Source: Opitutia bacterium (GTDB taxonomy: Bacteria > Verrucomicrobiota > Verrucomicrobiia > Opitutales > Opitutaceae). From it: a stretch of DNA of 64,000 nucleotides. The DNA lies in assembly GCA_947478395.1 (NCBI GenBank), contig CANJVR010000002.1, positions 32,001-96,000 on the forward strand, in the 5' to 3' direction. Of this stretch, positions 20,788 to 31,143 are shown one piece after another (positions within the stretch are counted from its first letter, which is position 1; the number at the start of each line of letters is the position of its first letter). The notes under the pieces were generated by a model. That model made no database searches, had not been told where the DNA came from, and saw only the letters and a program-made list of their open reading frames with translations. The position numbers were made by a program, and so were the translations under genes.

Positions 20788-22356
20788 ATGAAAAAAATCG
20801 TTGCTTCAGTCTTGTTGGCCTCGTGCGTCGCCGGTGCCTTCGCGCCTTCCGCCTTCGCGCAAATTGGCCGGCGTTTTCCTTCTGAGAAAAAAATCGTGCC
20901 AGATCCGGTGACCGGGGTCCCGCTGACGTTTCTCACGAGCACGCCGGCGGGTGATTCCAAGATTTATCAGACCCACCACCAGTGGACCTCGGACGGCAAA
21001 TGGCTGATCTTCCGTTCGAATCGCGTGCGCGGCCAGGCGATGGCGGTCAACGAAGCGACCGGCGACATCGTCCAAGTCACCGAGGGTGGTTACTCCGGCA
21101 TGCTGTGTCTGGCCGATCACTCGATGAATCTTTATTTCGCCCGGACGCCCGGGATGGTTTTGGCCGATGCTTCGAATGCTCCGGCCAGCGGCGGTCTGAT
21201 GGTACCGGCGAATACTCCTGCGGGGGCCAACGCTCCTGCGGCCGCTGCGGCCGGCGCGGCCGGTGCTGGTGGACCGGGTGGCCGCCGAGGACAGACCGTG
21301 CCGTCGCAAATCGTGCGCGTCGATCTGGAGAAACTTTTCGCCGACAGTGCTGCGGGTAAACTTAAGAGCGCCGATGCTTATGAACACGTGTGCGGCACGG
21401 TGCCGCTCGATTTCGGCAACGTGGGCGATGTCGCCCTCGATCCAACGGAGGAGTACGTGTATTTCAGGGTGAGCAATCGGGAGATCGCCGCTGCGCATCT
21501 TCCCCCCGATACCAAAGCGGAGCCAACGTTTGGGCCGCGTGGAATGGGCTCCGGTCCCGCGGGCCTTGCGAAGATGAATCTAAAGACGGGGAAAATCGAC
21601 TACATCGTCTCGGTGCCGTTCCAGATCGGCCACGTGCAGACGAATCCGTGGGTCCCGGGCGAAATCATTTTCTGTTGGGAAACCGGAGGTAAGGCGCCAC
21701 AGCGGACCTGGACCGTGATGGCCGATGGTACCGGCTTACGTCCGCTCTATCCGGAATCGGATTACGACTGGGTCACGCACGAAGCGGTAATCACGAAAGA
21801 CGAGGTCGCGATCGCGATGCTTTACCTGCGCACGCCGTTGGCTGGACCGCGCGCGCCGCGGCCGGCGAATGCCAATCAACCGGCGGCCGCGGCCAATGGC
21901 GCTCGTCGGGGTGGAAATAATCCGCCCGTCGTGGTTCCCCCCGAGCAGCAGGTCGTCTTAGACCGGACCGGCATGGACGGACATCCCACCGGTTTGGGCA
22001 TTGTGAATTTGCGCACGCGCGAAATGCGGATCATCGGTCAAGTTCCCATCGGCGATCCCGGCCGTTCGGTCTGGCACGTGAACGGTTCGCCCGACGGGCG
22101 TTGGGCGGTAGCCGACGATTTCCAATACCGCCTCTGGCTCATCGACCGGAACAACGGCGAAATGATTTTGTTGTCCGACAACGGCCATAAGACGACCGCG
22201 CAGGATCACCAACATCCGACGTTCAACGCCGATAGCACGAAGATCGAAATTCAATCGGCGATGCTCTCGGAAGATGGGCGTTCGCTGAACATCTGCGTGG
22301 TGCCGGTGCCCAAGACCTGGCTGGCGCGCACGTACACGAATAAAAAATTAGAGTGA
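20788..22356 (+). CDS. Secreted oligogalacturonate-lyase/TolB-like beta-propeller protein
   Basis: DPVTGVPLTFLT, YQTHHQWTSDG, GHVQTNP, FCWETGG, VTHE, QHPTF; signal peptide. Confidence 0.75.
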   Translation: MKKIVASVLLASCVAGAFAPSAFAQIGRRFPSEKKIVPDPVTGVPLTFLTSTPAGDSKIYQTHHQWTSDGKWLIFRSNRVRGQAMAVNEATGDIVQVTEGGYSGMLCLADHSMNLYFARTPGMVLADASNAPASGGLMVPANTPAGANAPAAAAAGAAGAGGPGGRRGQTVPSQIVRVDLEKLFADSAAGKLKSADAYEHVCGTVPLDFGNVGDVALDPTEEYVYFRVSNREIAAAHLPPDTKAEPTFGPRGMGSGPAGLAKMNLKTGKIDYIVSVPFQIGHVQTNPWVPGEIIFCWETGGKAPQRTWTVMADGTGLRPLYPESDYDWVTHEAVITKDEVAIAMLYLRTPLAGPRAPRPANANQPAAAANGARRGGNNPPVVVPPEQQVVLDRTGMDGHPTGLGIVNLRTREMRIIGQVPIGDPGRSVWHVNGSPDGRWAVADDFQYRLWLIDRNNGEMILLSDNGHKTTAQDHQHPTFNADSTKIEIQSAMLSEDGRSLNICVVPVPKTWLARTYTNKKLE

Positions 22357-22445
22357 TGCGTTCTGGGTAGCTACGCTCGCGGGCGCTTTGGCCCGCGAGC
22401 GGGGCGACGGCCGGCGTTTTTCTGCCGCCTTATTTCTTTCCGCCC

Positions 22446-23621
22446 TCAATAGCGGCGCATCGTCGGTTCGATGCGCTCCGCCCACGCATCGATCCCGCCG
22501 GCGACATTGCTCACGCGGGAAAAGCCCTTTGCGCGCAGAAATTCGGTGGCGCGGAGACTTCGGGCGCCGTGATGGCAGTGGATGAGCAAATGTTTGTCGC
22601 GCGGTAGTGCCGCCAAATGCTCCGGAACCTGGCGGAGCGGAATCACCTCGGCCCCGGCGATCCGGCAGATCTCCACCTCGTACGGTTCGCGCACATCGAC
22701 CAGTAACACGTCGGTCGGCGTGGCGGTCAGCAGGCGCTGGGTTTCTTCGACGCTGATTTCGAGGGGGACGGATTCGTCGGACATGGTTAAAGTGGAGGGC
22801 GGGGTGCAGGAAAAATCGTAGTGAGCCGAATCGAGCTTGGTGATTTTTGGCGCGGTCCCGCAAACCGGGCATTCCAGTGAGCGCGAAATCTTGAGCGGGT
22901 GGAAGGTCTGCCCCAGCGCGTCGTAGGTCAGCAGTCGCCCGCGCAGCGTTTCGCCCGCGCCCGTGATTACTTTGATTGCCTCGAGTGCTTGGAGGCTCCC
23001 GATCACGCCGCAAAGTGCGCCGACGACGCCGGCTTCTCCGCAATTGGGAATCGTGCCGGCGGTCGGCGCTTCGGGAAACAGGCAGCGGTAGCAGGGGGCT
23101 CCGACCGATGGATCGAACACGGTGAGCTGACCTTCGAATTTATAAACACTACCGTGCACCACGGGGCGGCGAGTCAGCACCGCCGCGTCGTTGATCAGAT
23201 AACGCGCCGCAAAATTATCGGTGCCGTCCACGATGAGATCGTAGGTGTCGAAAATCGACTGGGCATTTTCGACGGTGATACCCGCGGCGTGCTCGATAAC
23301 GGAGATGAACGGATTCATCGACCGGAGTCGGCGGGCGGCGGAAGTCACTTTCGTTTCGCCGATGGATTGATCGTCATGGAGCAACTGCCGCTGGAGATTG
23401 TGGGCTTCAACGCGATCGAAGTCAGCGATGCCCACCGTGCCGACGCCGGCCGCGGCGAGATACAGGGCGGCGGGACTCCCCAAACCGCCCGCGCCAACGA
23501 CCAGCACGCGAGCCGCGGAGAGCTTTTGTTGACCGGCGACGCCAAGCTCACTCAGCAGAATGTGCCTGCTATATCGCGCAAGTTCGTCGGGCGAAAGCTG
23601 GGGCGGTTTTTCGGACGGCAT
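22446..23621 (-). CDS. moeB: Molybdopterin-synthase adenylyltransferase MoeB/ThiF with C-terminal rhodanese (MoeZ-type)
   Basis: RYSRHI, GAGGLG, NLQRQ, DGTDNF, CYRC, CPVC, rhodanese CHHGARS. Confidence 0.9.
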   Translation of the reverse strand: MPSEKPPQLSPDELARYSRHILLSELGVAGQQKLSAARVLVVGAGGLGSPAALYLAAAGVGTVGIADFDRVEAHNLQRQLLHDDQSIGETKVTSAARRLRSMNPFISVIEHAAGITVENAQSIFDTYDLIVDGTDNFAARYLINDAAVLTRRPVVHGSVYKFEGQLTVFDPSVGAPCYRCLFPEAPTAGTIPNCGEAGVVGALCGVIGSLQALEAIKVITGAGETLRGRLLTYDALGQTFHPLKISRSLECPVCGTAPKITKLDSAHYDFSCTPPSTLTMSDESVPLEISVEETQRLLTATPTDVLLVDVREPYEVEICRIAGAEVIPLRQVPEHLAALPRDKHLLIHCHHGARSLRATEFLRAKGFSRVSNVAGGIDAWAERIEPTMRRY

Positions 23622-23768
23622 TGACGTGAAACAGAGCCGGGCGCGACCGGGCCGCAAGTAAAGATCGTTCGCTGGAGCCAAGCTCTTGGCGTTTCGCCCT
23701 CCTGCGGCGAGGGCGCAGTTATTCCGCGACCCTTGGTTCGCGCGGCCTGAAAAGCAGCCGGGCGATGT

Positions 23769-24743
23769 TTACGGCAAAAATTTACGCTCGTGCAGCCAGT
23801 AAAGACACTGGTCTGCCCACGGTGGAGCGGGGCGATCGGGCCGGCCTAGGCCGAGCCCGTGCGCACCCGTTTCATAGATATGAAGGGAATAGGGGACACC
23901 CGCGCGCCGCAGGGCAGCGGCGAACATCATCGAGTTTTCAACGGGCACCGTTTTATCGGCGACCGTGGCCCAGATAAAACACGGCGGAGTTTCGGCGGTA
24001 ACTTGCAGTTCGACCGAAAGATCTTTGATGAGTTCGGGCGAAGGGTTGTCGCCGAGGAGTTGTTTGCGGGAGCCGGCGTGGGCGAATTCGCCGAAGGTGA
24101 TGACCGGATAACACAGGACGACGACGTCGGGGCGGGAGCTTTCGCGTTCGATTGGATCCGCTGCGGCGGGTTTCCCGGCATCGAAATGTGTCGCAATGGT
24201 CCCGGCCAAATGTCCGCCGGCGGAGGAGCCGATCACACCGATGCGGTTGGCGTCGAGGCCGCCGCTCTTGCGTGCGAATGATCGGACCATGCGCACGGCG
24301 CGCGCGATGTCCGTGAGTTCGGCGGGATGATGATAGCCCTGTGAGCCGAGCCGGTAACGGAGCACGTAGGCGGCGACGCCTTTGCTCGCGAGCCACTCCG
24401 CGTAACCCGTGCCCTCATGGGCCGCGAGATTCGAGTAACCGCCGCCGGGCAGAACGATCATCGCCGCGCCATTTCCGCCTGAAGCCGGCAGATACGGGGT
24501 GAGGGTGGGGATATCTTGCGGCCGTTGTCCAAGCGCGCCCGGTGCATCGCCCTCCCAAAGCCGAATGGAGTTGGGTGGAATTGAGGTGACCAGACTCGGA
24601 ACAGCCGGAACCGCAGGCGCGGGCGCTGAAGGCGTGGGGGCAGTAGCGGCGGCCGGAGTTTGAGCGCGCGTCGGACTCGTGGTGGCTCCAGCGATGAGTA
24701 ACGCGGTGAGTAGAAACGCAGCGAAATTATTTTTGGTGGGCAT
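23769..24743 (-). CDS. Secreted alpha/beta hydrolase (carbohydrate esterase-like)
   Basis: PGGGY, GSSAGG nucleophile elbow, D..V, HG; signal peptide and Ala/Pro linker. Confidence 0.87.
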   Translation of the reverse strand: MPTKNNFAAFLLTALLIAGATTSPTRAQTPAAATAPTPSAPAPAVPAVPSLVTSIPPNSIRLWEGDAPGALGQRPQDIPTLTPYLPASGGNGAAMIVLPGGGYSNLAAHEGTGYAEWLASKGVAAYVLRYRLGSQGYHHPAELTDIARAVRMVRSFARKSGGLDANRIGVIGSSAGGHLAGTIATHFDAGKPAAADPIERESSRPDVVVLCYPVITFGEFAHAGSRKQLLGDNPSPELIKDLSVELQVTAETPPCFIWATVADKTVPVENSMMFAAALRRAGVPYSLHIYETGAHGLGLGRPDRPAPPWADQCLYWLHERKFLP

Positions 24744-24967
24744 AGGGGTGTGATCGTTGACCAGCGAAGAAGAAGCGGTGGGTGGACGATTGGAAACCCG
24801 AAAAAGAACAAGGCCCCGGAGCCGTATGCGGGTGGGTGTTCGCTCCGCACTCGGTTTAATCCGCCGGGAGACGCGTTGGCCTTCGGGCGGAGATCAATTC
24901 GAGCCGCTCGAAGCCAATCCGACGCTGGAGATTTTCGATTTCAGCCGACGGCTCTATCGCGACTCAC

Positions 24968-26050
24968 TTAATTTTGACCGGCCTTCGACGTGTTTCCGCT
25001 TTTCGCCTCAATGAATTCGCGGATGACGTTCATCCGCTGGCGGGCGCGATCTTCTTGTTCGATCTCGTCGCTATTACGGATGGTTTCGTTCTTGGCCATC
25101 GCCTTGCGCATTTTCGACAGGGCGAGATATTCCAACTGGCGAATCCTCTCGCGGGTGACGTGAAATTTCCGGCCGACCTCTTCCAAAGTCAGCTCGTCAC
25201 GTCCCTCCAGACCGAAACGAAGTTTGATGATCTCGGCTTCGCGTTGATCGAGCGAATTCACCATCGAGTTCAAATCGGAGTTGAGGTTTCGATCGCGCAA
25301 TTCCTCGTAGGGGCTGACGGCATTGTCGTCGCCCACAATTTCGCCGAACGTGCCGGAATTGTCGTCTTGCCCGATCGGGGCGTCGAGCGAGGCCGGCCGG
25401 ACGCTCACCGATTTTAGATGGGCAACCTTCGCCGTCGGAATCTGCAATTCTATCGCCAATTCTTCGTCGGTCGGCTCGCGGCCGAGGTTCTCGGAAAGTT
25501 TCATCGCGGTCTTCCGCATCTTGGAAATCTTGTCCACCAAGTGGACGGGCAGGCGGATGGTCTTCGATTGGTTGGCCAGGGCGCGCTTGATGGATTGCTT
25601 GATCCACCACGCTGCGTAGGTGGACAGCTTTCCACCCTTCCGGGGGTCGAAGCGTTCCACGGCTTTGATGAGGCCGATGTTGCCTTCGCTGATCAGGTCG
25701 AGGAGCGGGAGACCAAAATCTTTATAGTCCATCGCAATTTTGACGACGAGACGGAGATTGGCCGAAATCATGTGATCGCGCGCCGCCTTGTCGCCGCGCC
25801 GAATACGCCGGGCTAGCGTGATTTCCTCTGCAATGGTGAGCAGCGCAGTTTTTCCAATCTCTTGGAGATAGAGCTGGAGGTTGCTGCGCTCTCCGTGCGC
25901 GATTTGTTCGGCCGGAGCGGATTCGGATTTTTCCAGAAATGAAGGCGCGCTATCGAGCGGCGCGGAATTAAGGACGGCGGTCGGAGCCTCGGCAGCAGCG
26001 GCATCGTCGATGGCGTTAAGCGAGCGGGACGACTTTGTTTTGGCGGGCAT
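24968..26050 (-). CDS. RpoD/RpoS-family sigma-70 factor lacking region 1.1
   Basis: YLQEIG, NLRLVV, DLISEGNIGL, STYAAWWIKQ, TIRLPVH, TLEEVG..VTRERIRQ. Confidence 0.93.
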   Translation of the reverse strand: MPAKTKSSRSLNAIDDAAAAEAPTAVLNSAPLDSAPSFLEKSESAPAEQIAHGERSNLQLYLQEIGKTALLTIAEEITLARRIRRGDKAARDHMISANLRLVVKIAMDYKDFGLPLLDLISEGNIGLIKAVERFDPRKGGKLSTYAAWWIKQSIKRALANQSKTIRLPVHLVDKISKMRKTAMKLSENLGREPTDEELAIELQIPTAKVAHLKSVSVRPASLDAPIGQDDNSGTFGEIVGDDNAVSPYEELRDRNLNSDLNSMVNSLDQREAEIIKLRFGLEGRDELTLEEVGRKFHVTRERIRQLEYLALSKMRKAMAKNETIRNSDEIEQEDRARQRMNVIREFIEAKSGNTSKAGQN

Positions 26051-26266
26051 AGAATTGATCCTCGGTGAATGATAGAGAGATGATGGACGAGTTTGTTCCC
26101 GAACCGGTAGCTAAAGCTGTTCCATTTGGAATTACGCCGATCCTCCCTCGTGGGTTGCATGAACTTTCCGGCTAGTACGGGAAGTAATGGCGCACAGAAT
26201 CTCCCCTGCATGGGCACATCGTCGCGTGAGCGGGGCGACCGCTCGACGCCTCCGACCGGGCGTGGC

Positions 26267-27763
26267 CTAAGCCGGCTTGCCGTGAAACTGGGAGGCAATT
26301 TCCGCGGCTTTGAGCAACGCGGACGCCTTGCTGATCGTTTCCTGATACTCCGCGGCCGGTACGGAATCCGCCACCACACCGGCGCCTGCTTGGATGTGCA
26401 GCTGGCCGCCCTTGAGAAGGGCAGTGCGCAGCATGATGCACGAGTCCAGGTTGCCGTCGTACCCGAAATAGCCCAAGGCGCCGGCATAAAAGCCCCGCTG
26501 GCTGGGCTCGCTTTGGGCGATGATCTGCATCGCGCGAATCTTGGGTGCGCCACTCACCGTGCCCGCGGGAAAGGTGGCGCGCATCAGATCGTAGGCTGAC
26601 TTGCCAGGCGCGATCTGGCCCTCGACCTGCGAAACGATGTGCATCACATGCGAGTACCGTTCTATGACGTTCAGCTCTGGCACCCGAATCGAGCCATAAC
26701 GGCAGACGCGGCCGATGTCGTTGCGGGCGAGATCCACCAACATCAGATGCTCGGCGAGCTCCTTCTGATCGGACAATAATTCTTTTTCGAGTGCGGCGTC
26801 CTCTTCGGGCGTCGCACCGCGGCGCCGGGTTCCGGCGATCGGTCGAATTTCAACGAGTTCATCGGTGAGCCGCACATGGACCTCGGGTGATGCACCGACG
26901 ATGGCGAAATCGCCCGCATCAAGAATGAACATGTAGGGCGACGGGTTGACCGTGCGGAGGGCGCGATACAGATCCAGCGGAGATTGGCTGAACGGCCGGG
27001 TGAAGCGCTGGGAGGGGACGAACTGAATGATGTCGCCCGCGCGGATGAATTCCTTCCCGGCTTCCACGGCGGCCTCAAAGCGGGCTTGGGTGAAATTGCC
27101 CGGGGGCACGGCTACTTTTCCCGGCTCGATGAGCAGCGCAGGCGCCAGGCCGCGGGGTTGTTGGAGGAGATTAAAAAGATACTGGAGCTCAGTCACCGCC
27201 GCGTCGTAGGCGACCCCAGCATCCCCTTGAATGTGGGCGTTGACGCACAAACGCAGGGTCTGCTTGGCGCGATCGAATATCAGCAGCGAATCCGAAAGCA
27301 TGAAATAAAGCAGCGGCACGCCCAGTTCGTCTCGGGCCACGGCAGGGACCGTGGGCTCGATGCGCGTGACGTACTCGTAGCCGATGAAACCTACGGCTCC
27401 TCCGGTAAAACGCGGCAGGTCGGGCAGCACCACCGGCCGATAGCGGCTCATCTCGCTTTCGATAAGCGTCAGCGGGTCGGGCGGTGTTGGTACCGTTTGG
27501 CTCGGTGCGCCGGGCACGCGAATTTCGGTAGTGACCGGACCGCAGATGAAAATTTTGCGCGGCCGGCATCCGATGAAACTATAACGTGAAAGCGTTTCGC
27601 CGCCTTCCACGGATTCGAGGAGATACGAAGGCCCGGCATCGCGCAGTTTAGCGTACGCGGAGACCGGCGTTTCGAAGTCGGCCATCAAATCGGTGTAGAC
27701 GGGGACGACATTGCCTTTTTCGGCGAGGCGCAGAAACGCCTCGCGGGAGGGATGCACATTCAT
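26267..27763 (-). CDS. trpE: Anthranilate synthase component I
   Basis: LLESVEGG, NPSPYM, GASPE, EHLMLVDLARND, GTVSGAPK, QAGAGVVADS. Confidence 0.92.
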   Translation of the reverse strand: MNVHPSREAFLRLAEKGNVVPVYTDLMADFETPVSAYAKLRDAGPSYLLESVEGGETLSRYSFIGCRPRKIFICGPVTTEIRVPGAPSQTVPTPPDPLTLIESEMSRYRPVVLPDLPRFTGGAVGFIGYEYVTRIEPTVPAVARDELGVPLLYFMLSDSLLIFDRAKQTLRLCVNAHIQGDAGVAYDAAVTELQYLFNLLQQPRGLAPALLIEPGKVAVPPGNFTQARFEAAVEAGKEFIRAGDIIQFVPSQRFTRPFSQSPLDLYRALRTVNPSPYMFILDAGDFAIVGASPEVHVRLTDELVEIRPIAGTRRRGATPEEDAALEKELLSDQKELAEHLMLVDLARNDIGRVCRYGSIRVPELNVIERYSHVMHIVSQVEGQIAPGKSAYDLMRATFPAGTVSGAPKIRAMQIIAQSEPSQRGFYAGALGYFGYDGNLDSCIMLRTALLKGGQLHIQAGAGVVADSVPAAEYQETISKASALLKAAEIASQFHGKPA

Positions 27764-27782
27764 GGCGCTGAGATTGGGACGG

Positions 27783-29669
27783 TTATTCCACCGTGACCGA
27801 TTTTGCCAGATTGCGGGGCTTGTCCACGTCGCAACCGCGTTCGACCGCGATATAGTAACTGAGGAGTTGTACTGGCACCGCCGCGACGATCGGGAGCACG
27901 GCTTCATGGCAATCGGGCAGGGTGATCACGGCGTCGGCGAGGCCGGGAGGCAATTCACAGCCCTCGGTGATGATCGCGATCACCGGGCCCTTGCGGGCTT
28001 TGATCTCCTGCATGGAGGAAACGACCTTGTTGAAAATTTCGCCCTTCGGCGCGAAGAACACGCTCGGGCATTCCTCGCTGATCAGCGCGATTGGCCCGTG
28101 CTTCATTTCGGCCGCAGGATAGCCTTCGGCGTGGATATAGGAAATTTCCTTGAGCTTAAGCGCGCCTTCGAGTGCCAACGGGAAAAGCGAAAGCCGGCCG
28201 AGAAACAAGAAGTCGGCATGGCGCGCGAAGCGCTTGGCGATGGCCTTGATTTCCGGCGCCTGTTTCAAGACCTGGCGCACCAAATCCGGCGCGCCCTTGA
28301 GCGCGGATACATAGCTCACTCCGTCGCTGAAGCTCATGTCGCGCAGGCGCGCGATATAGAGCGCGACCATCGCGCCGATGAGCAGTTGCGAGGTGAAGGC
28401 CTTCGTGGAGGCGACGCCGATTTCCGGACCGACGTGCTGGTAAATGCCGCCGTTCGCTTCGCGGGCGATGGTTGAACCGACAACGTTGTTGATCGCCAGG
28501 ACCCGGTAACCTTTGCGCTGGGCTTCGCGCAGGGCGGCGAGCGTGTCGATGGTTTCCCCGGACTGGCTCATCACGAAAAACAGCGTGTTGCGGTCGAGCG
28601 GCGAGTTGCGGTAGCGGAACTCCGACGCGTAATCGACTTCCACGGGCAGGCGGGCGAAACGCTCGATCAAATGTTCCGTGACGAGGCAGGCGTGCCAAGC
28701 CGTGCCGCACGCACAAAACATAAAGCGGTCGATCTGCCGCAGCTCGCTCGCCGTCAGATTGAGTCCGCCGAAATTGGCGGTGCTACCGTCCTCCGAGAAG
28801 CGTCCGCGCATCGAATTTTCGAGTGCGATGGGCTGCTCAAAAATCTCCTTCTCCATGAAGTGCGCGTAATTGCCCTTTTCGGCATCGCTGATGGACCACG
28901 TGATCTTGTCGACCACCGGTGAAACGTCTTCCTGCTCCAAGGTCGTGATGGTGAAGCCGCCGCGGGCGAGATGGACGATTTCGCCGTCCTTCAGGTAAAC
29001 GACGCTCTGCGTCCGGCTGATGATGGCCGAAGCGTCTGAGGCGATGATGTGTTCGCCATCGCCCACGCCAAGCAGGAGGGGCGAGGCCTTGCGGGCCGCG
29101 ACGAGTTCGGTGGGGCAATCGACGCAGAGCACGGCAATCCCGTAGGTCCCCTCTACATGCTGCAGCGCCTTGCGCACGCTTTCTAGAAAACGGCTGCCGC
29201 TGCCGGTGCCATGGCCATTCGCATGCGGAGGATTGGAGGCGCCCGCCGGTTCCTTCGCGTAGTGATAGGCGATCAGGTTACAGAGGACTTCGGTGTCCGT
29301 TTCCGACTGAAAACCATAGCCCTTGCTCAGCAGGAACGTTTTGATTTGGGAGTAATTCTCGATGACCCCGTTGTGAATGAGGGCAAACTTACCGTCGCTA
29401 CTGATGTGCGGGTGGGCGTTGGCATCGGTCACGCCGCCGTGCGTGGCCCAGCGCGTATGCCCGATCCCCGTAGTGCCGGTGAAATGGTGCCGCGCGACTT
29501 CCTTCACTAAGACTTCGACCCGGCCGGATTTCTTCGCCAGTTCCAGTCGCCCGTCCTTGAGAACGCACACGCCCGCCGAATCGTAGCCGCGGTATTCGAG
29601 GCGTTTTAGCCCTTCGAGAATGATGGTTGCCGCCTTTTGTTTGCCGACGTAGCCGACGATTCCGCACAT
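27783..29669 (-). CDS. glmS: Glutamine--fructose-6-phosphate transaminase
   Basis: MCGIVG, LEYRGYDSAG, HTRWATHG, SQSGET, DKPRNLAKSVTVE. Confidence 0.98.
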   Translation of the reverse strand: MCGIVGYVGKQKAATIILEGLKRLEYRGYDSAGVCVLKDGRLELAKKSGRVEVLVKEVARHHFTGTTGIGHTRWATHGGVTDANAHPHISSDGKFALIHNGVIENYSQIKTFLLSKGYGFQSETDTEVLCNLIAYHYAKEPAGASNPPHANGHGTGSGSRFLESVRKALQHVEGTYGIAVLCVDCPTELVAARKASPLLLGVGDGEHIIASDASAIISRTQSVVYLKDGEIVHLARGGFTITTLEQEDVSPVVDKITWSISDAEKGNYAHFMEKEIFEQPIALENSMRGRFSEDGSTANFGGLNLTASELRQIDRFMFCACGTAWHACLVTEHLIERFARLPVEVDYASEFRYRNSPLDRNTLFFVMSQSGETIDTLAALREAQRKGYRVLAINNVVGSTIAREANGGIYQHVGPEIGVASTKAFTSQLLIGAMVALYIARLRDMSFSDGVSYVSALKGAPDLVRQVLKQAPEIKAIAKRFARHADFLFLGRLSLFPLALEGALKLKEISYIHAEGYPAAEMKHGPIALISEECPSVFFAPKGEIFNKVVSSMQEIKARKGPVIAIITEGCELPPGLADAVITLPDCHEAVLPIVAAVPVQLLSYYIAVERGCDVDKPRNLAKSVTVE

Positions 29670-29748
29670 AATTAGGTTTTTCAGGAAATTGGATTGCGAC
29701 GCTATTCTTGCGATGAATTGTTCGGCAAGAAACTACGAGCAAAGTCTT

Positions 29749-31041
29749 ATGATCGACCGACGCAACAAAACCCTTGCCGTTATCATGGGCGGCGGACGTG
29801 GCACACGCCTCTCGCCCCTCACGCTGGAACGCTGCAAACCTGCCGTCCCGCTTGCGGGCAAGTACCGCCTCGTCGATATCCCCATCAGCAACTGCATCAA
29901 TTCCGACATCAACCGGATCTTCCTGCTGACCCAGTTCCAGACGGCGTCGCTGCATCGGCACGTTCAGAACACGTATCACTTCGATCCATTTGGCGGCGGT
30001 TTTGTCGACATCATGTCGGCCGAGCAAACGGAGAAGAGTGTCGATTGGTATCAAGGCACGGCCGACGCCGTCCGGCGGAATCTGCTCCATTTCCGCTCGT
30101 TTCCCCATGATCTCGTTTTGATTCTTTCGGGCGATCAGCTCTACCGGATGGATTTTCGCGAGATCATCGCGCAGCACATCCAAACCGGCGCCGATGTCAC
30201 CATCGCCACGGTGCCGTTCCCCATTTCGAAGGTCGAGGGCCTCGGCCTGACCCAGGTGAATGACGATTTGTCGATCGCGCGCTTCGTGGAGAAACCCAAG
30301 GACCCGGCGGTCATCGCGAGTCTCGCGCTCAGTCCGGCGCTTGAGGCCAAACTCAAAACGCCTTCCTCGGAAAAGCGCTGCCTCGCCTCGATGGGTATCT
30401 ACGTTTTTAACCGGGCTGCGCTCGCCGAGGCATTGGACAACACGATGACGGATTTCGGCAAAGAGGTGATTCCGGGTTTGCTCGGTAAAAAGAAACTCTA
30501 CGCCCATATTTTCGAGGGGTATTGGGAGGATATCGGCACGGTGCGAGCGTTTTTCGAGGCCAACCTCGCGCTGGCCCAACCGCTCCCGCCGTTCAATTTT
30601 TTCGATGGCAGCGCGCCCATCTACACGCAGGACCGGTATCTGCCTGCTTCCAAACTGAACCACTGCCAGATCGACCACGCCGTGATCGGCGATGGTTCGA
30701 TTTTGGCTGATTCCAAAATCAAGCGCTGCGTTTTCGGCATTCGTTCATTCGTCGCGGAAAACTGTGTGCTGGAGGACACCATCGTCATGGGTTCCGACTA
30801 TTACGAGACGGTCGACCAGCTCGCGGCCAACACGAGCGTCGGCCGCCCGCACTTGGGCTTAGGCAAAGGCTGCTGGATCAAGGGTGCGATCATCGACAAA
30901 AACGCCCGTATTGGCGACGGCGTTCACTTGGACGCCACCGGCAAGGCTGATGGCAAATATGTGGACGGTGCGGTCGTCATCCGCGACGGCGTGCTCGTTG
31001 TGCCGAAAGGCGCCGTGATTCCTCCCGGCACGGTGGTTTGA
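29749..31041 (+). CDS. glgC: Glucose-1-phosphate adenylyltransferase
   Basis: GGGRGTRL, KPAVP, WYQGTADAV, LSGDQLY, FVEKP, YWEDIG. Confidence 0.96.
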   Translation: MIDRRNKTLAVIMGGGRGTRLSPLTLERCKPAVPLAGKYRLVDIPISNCINSDINRIFLLTQFQTASLHRHVQNTYHFDPFGGGFVDIMSAEQTEKSVDWYQGTADAVRRNLLHFRSFPHDLVLILSGDQLYRMDFREIIAQHIQTGADVTIATVPFPISKVEGLGLTQVNDDLSIARFVEKPKDPAVIASLALSPALEAKLKTPSSEKRCLASMGIYVFNRAALAEALDNTMTDFGKEVIPGLLGKKKLYAHIFEGYWEDIGTVRAFFEANLALAQPLPPFNFFDGSAPIYTQDRYLPASKLNHCQIDHAVIGDGSILADSKIKRCVFGIRSFVAENCVLEDTIVMGSDYYETVDQLAANTSVGRPHLGLGKGCWIKGAIIDKNARIGDGVHLDATGKADGKYVDGAVVIRDGVLVVPKGAVIPPGTVV

Positions 31042-31050
31042 AAAACGCGA

Positions 31051-31143
31051 CCTGGGGACGGCCGTTTATCCTTAACCCCAGGTCGGGACTCAGCTCACCG
31101 AGCGAACAGCGCTGAACCGGCGCGTTGAGGATAGTTCGCCTAA
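31051..31143. repeat. Degenerate REP doublet, family C
   Basis: TTATCCTTAACCCC...CCGGCGCGTTGAGGATAGTTCGCCTA resembles the 40250 copy; lies between convergent glgC and lgt. Confidence 0.5.

Noticed and set aside
29670..29748. glmS ribozyme upstream of glmS
   Set aside because: Only 79 bp separate glmS from the divergent glgC, and no ribozyme core is recognisable.
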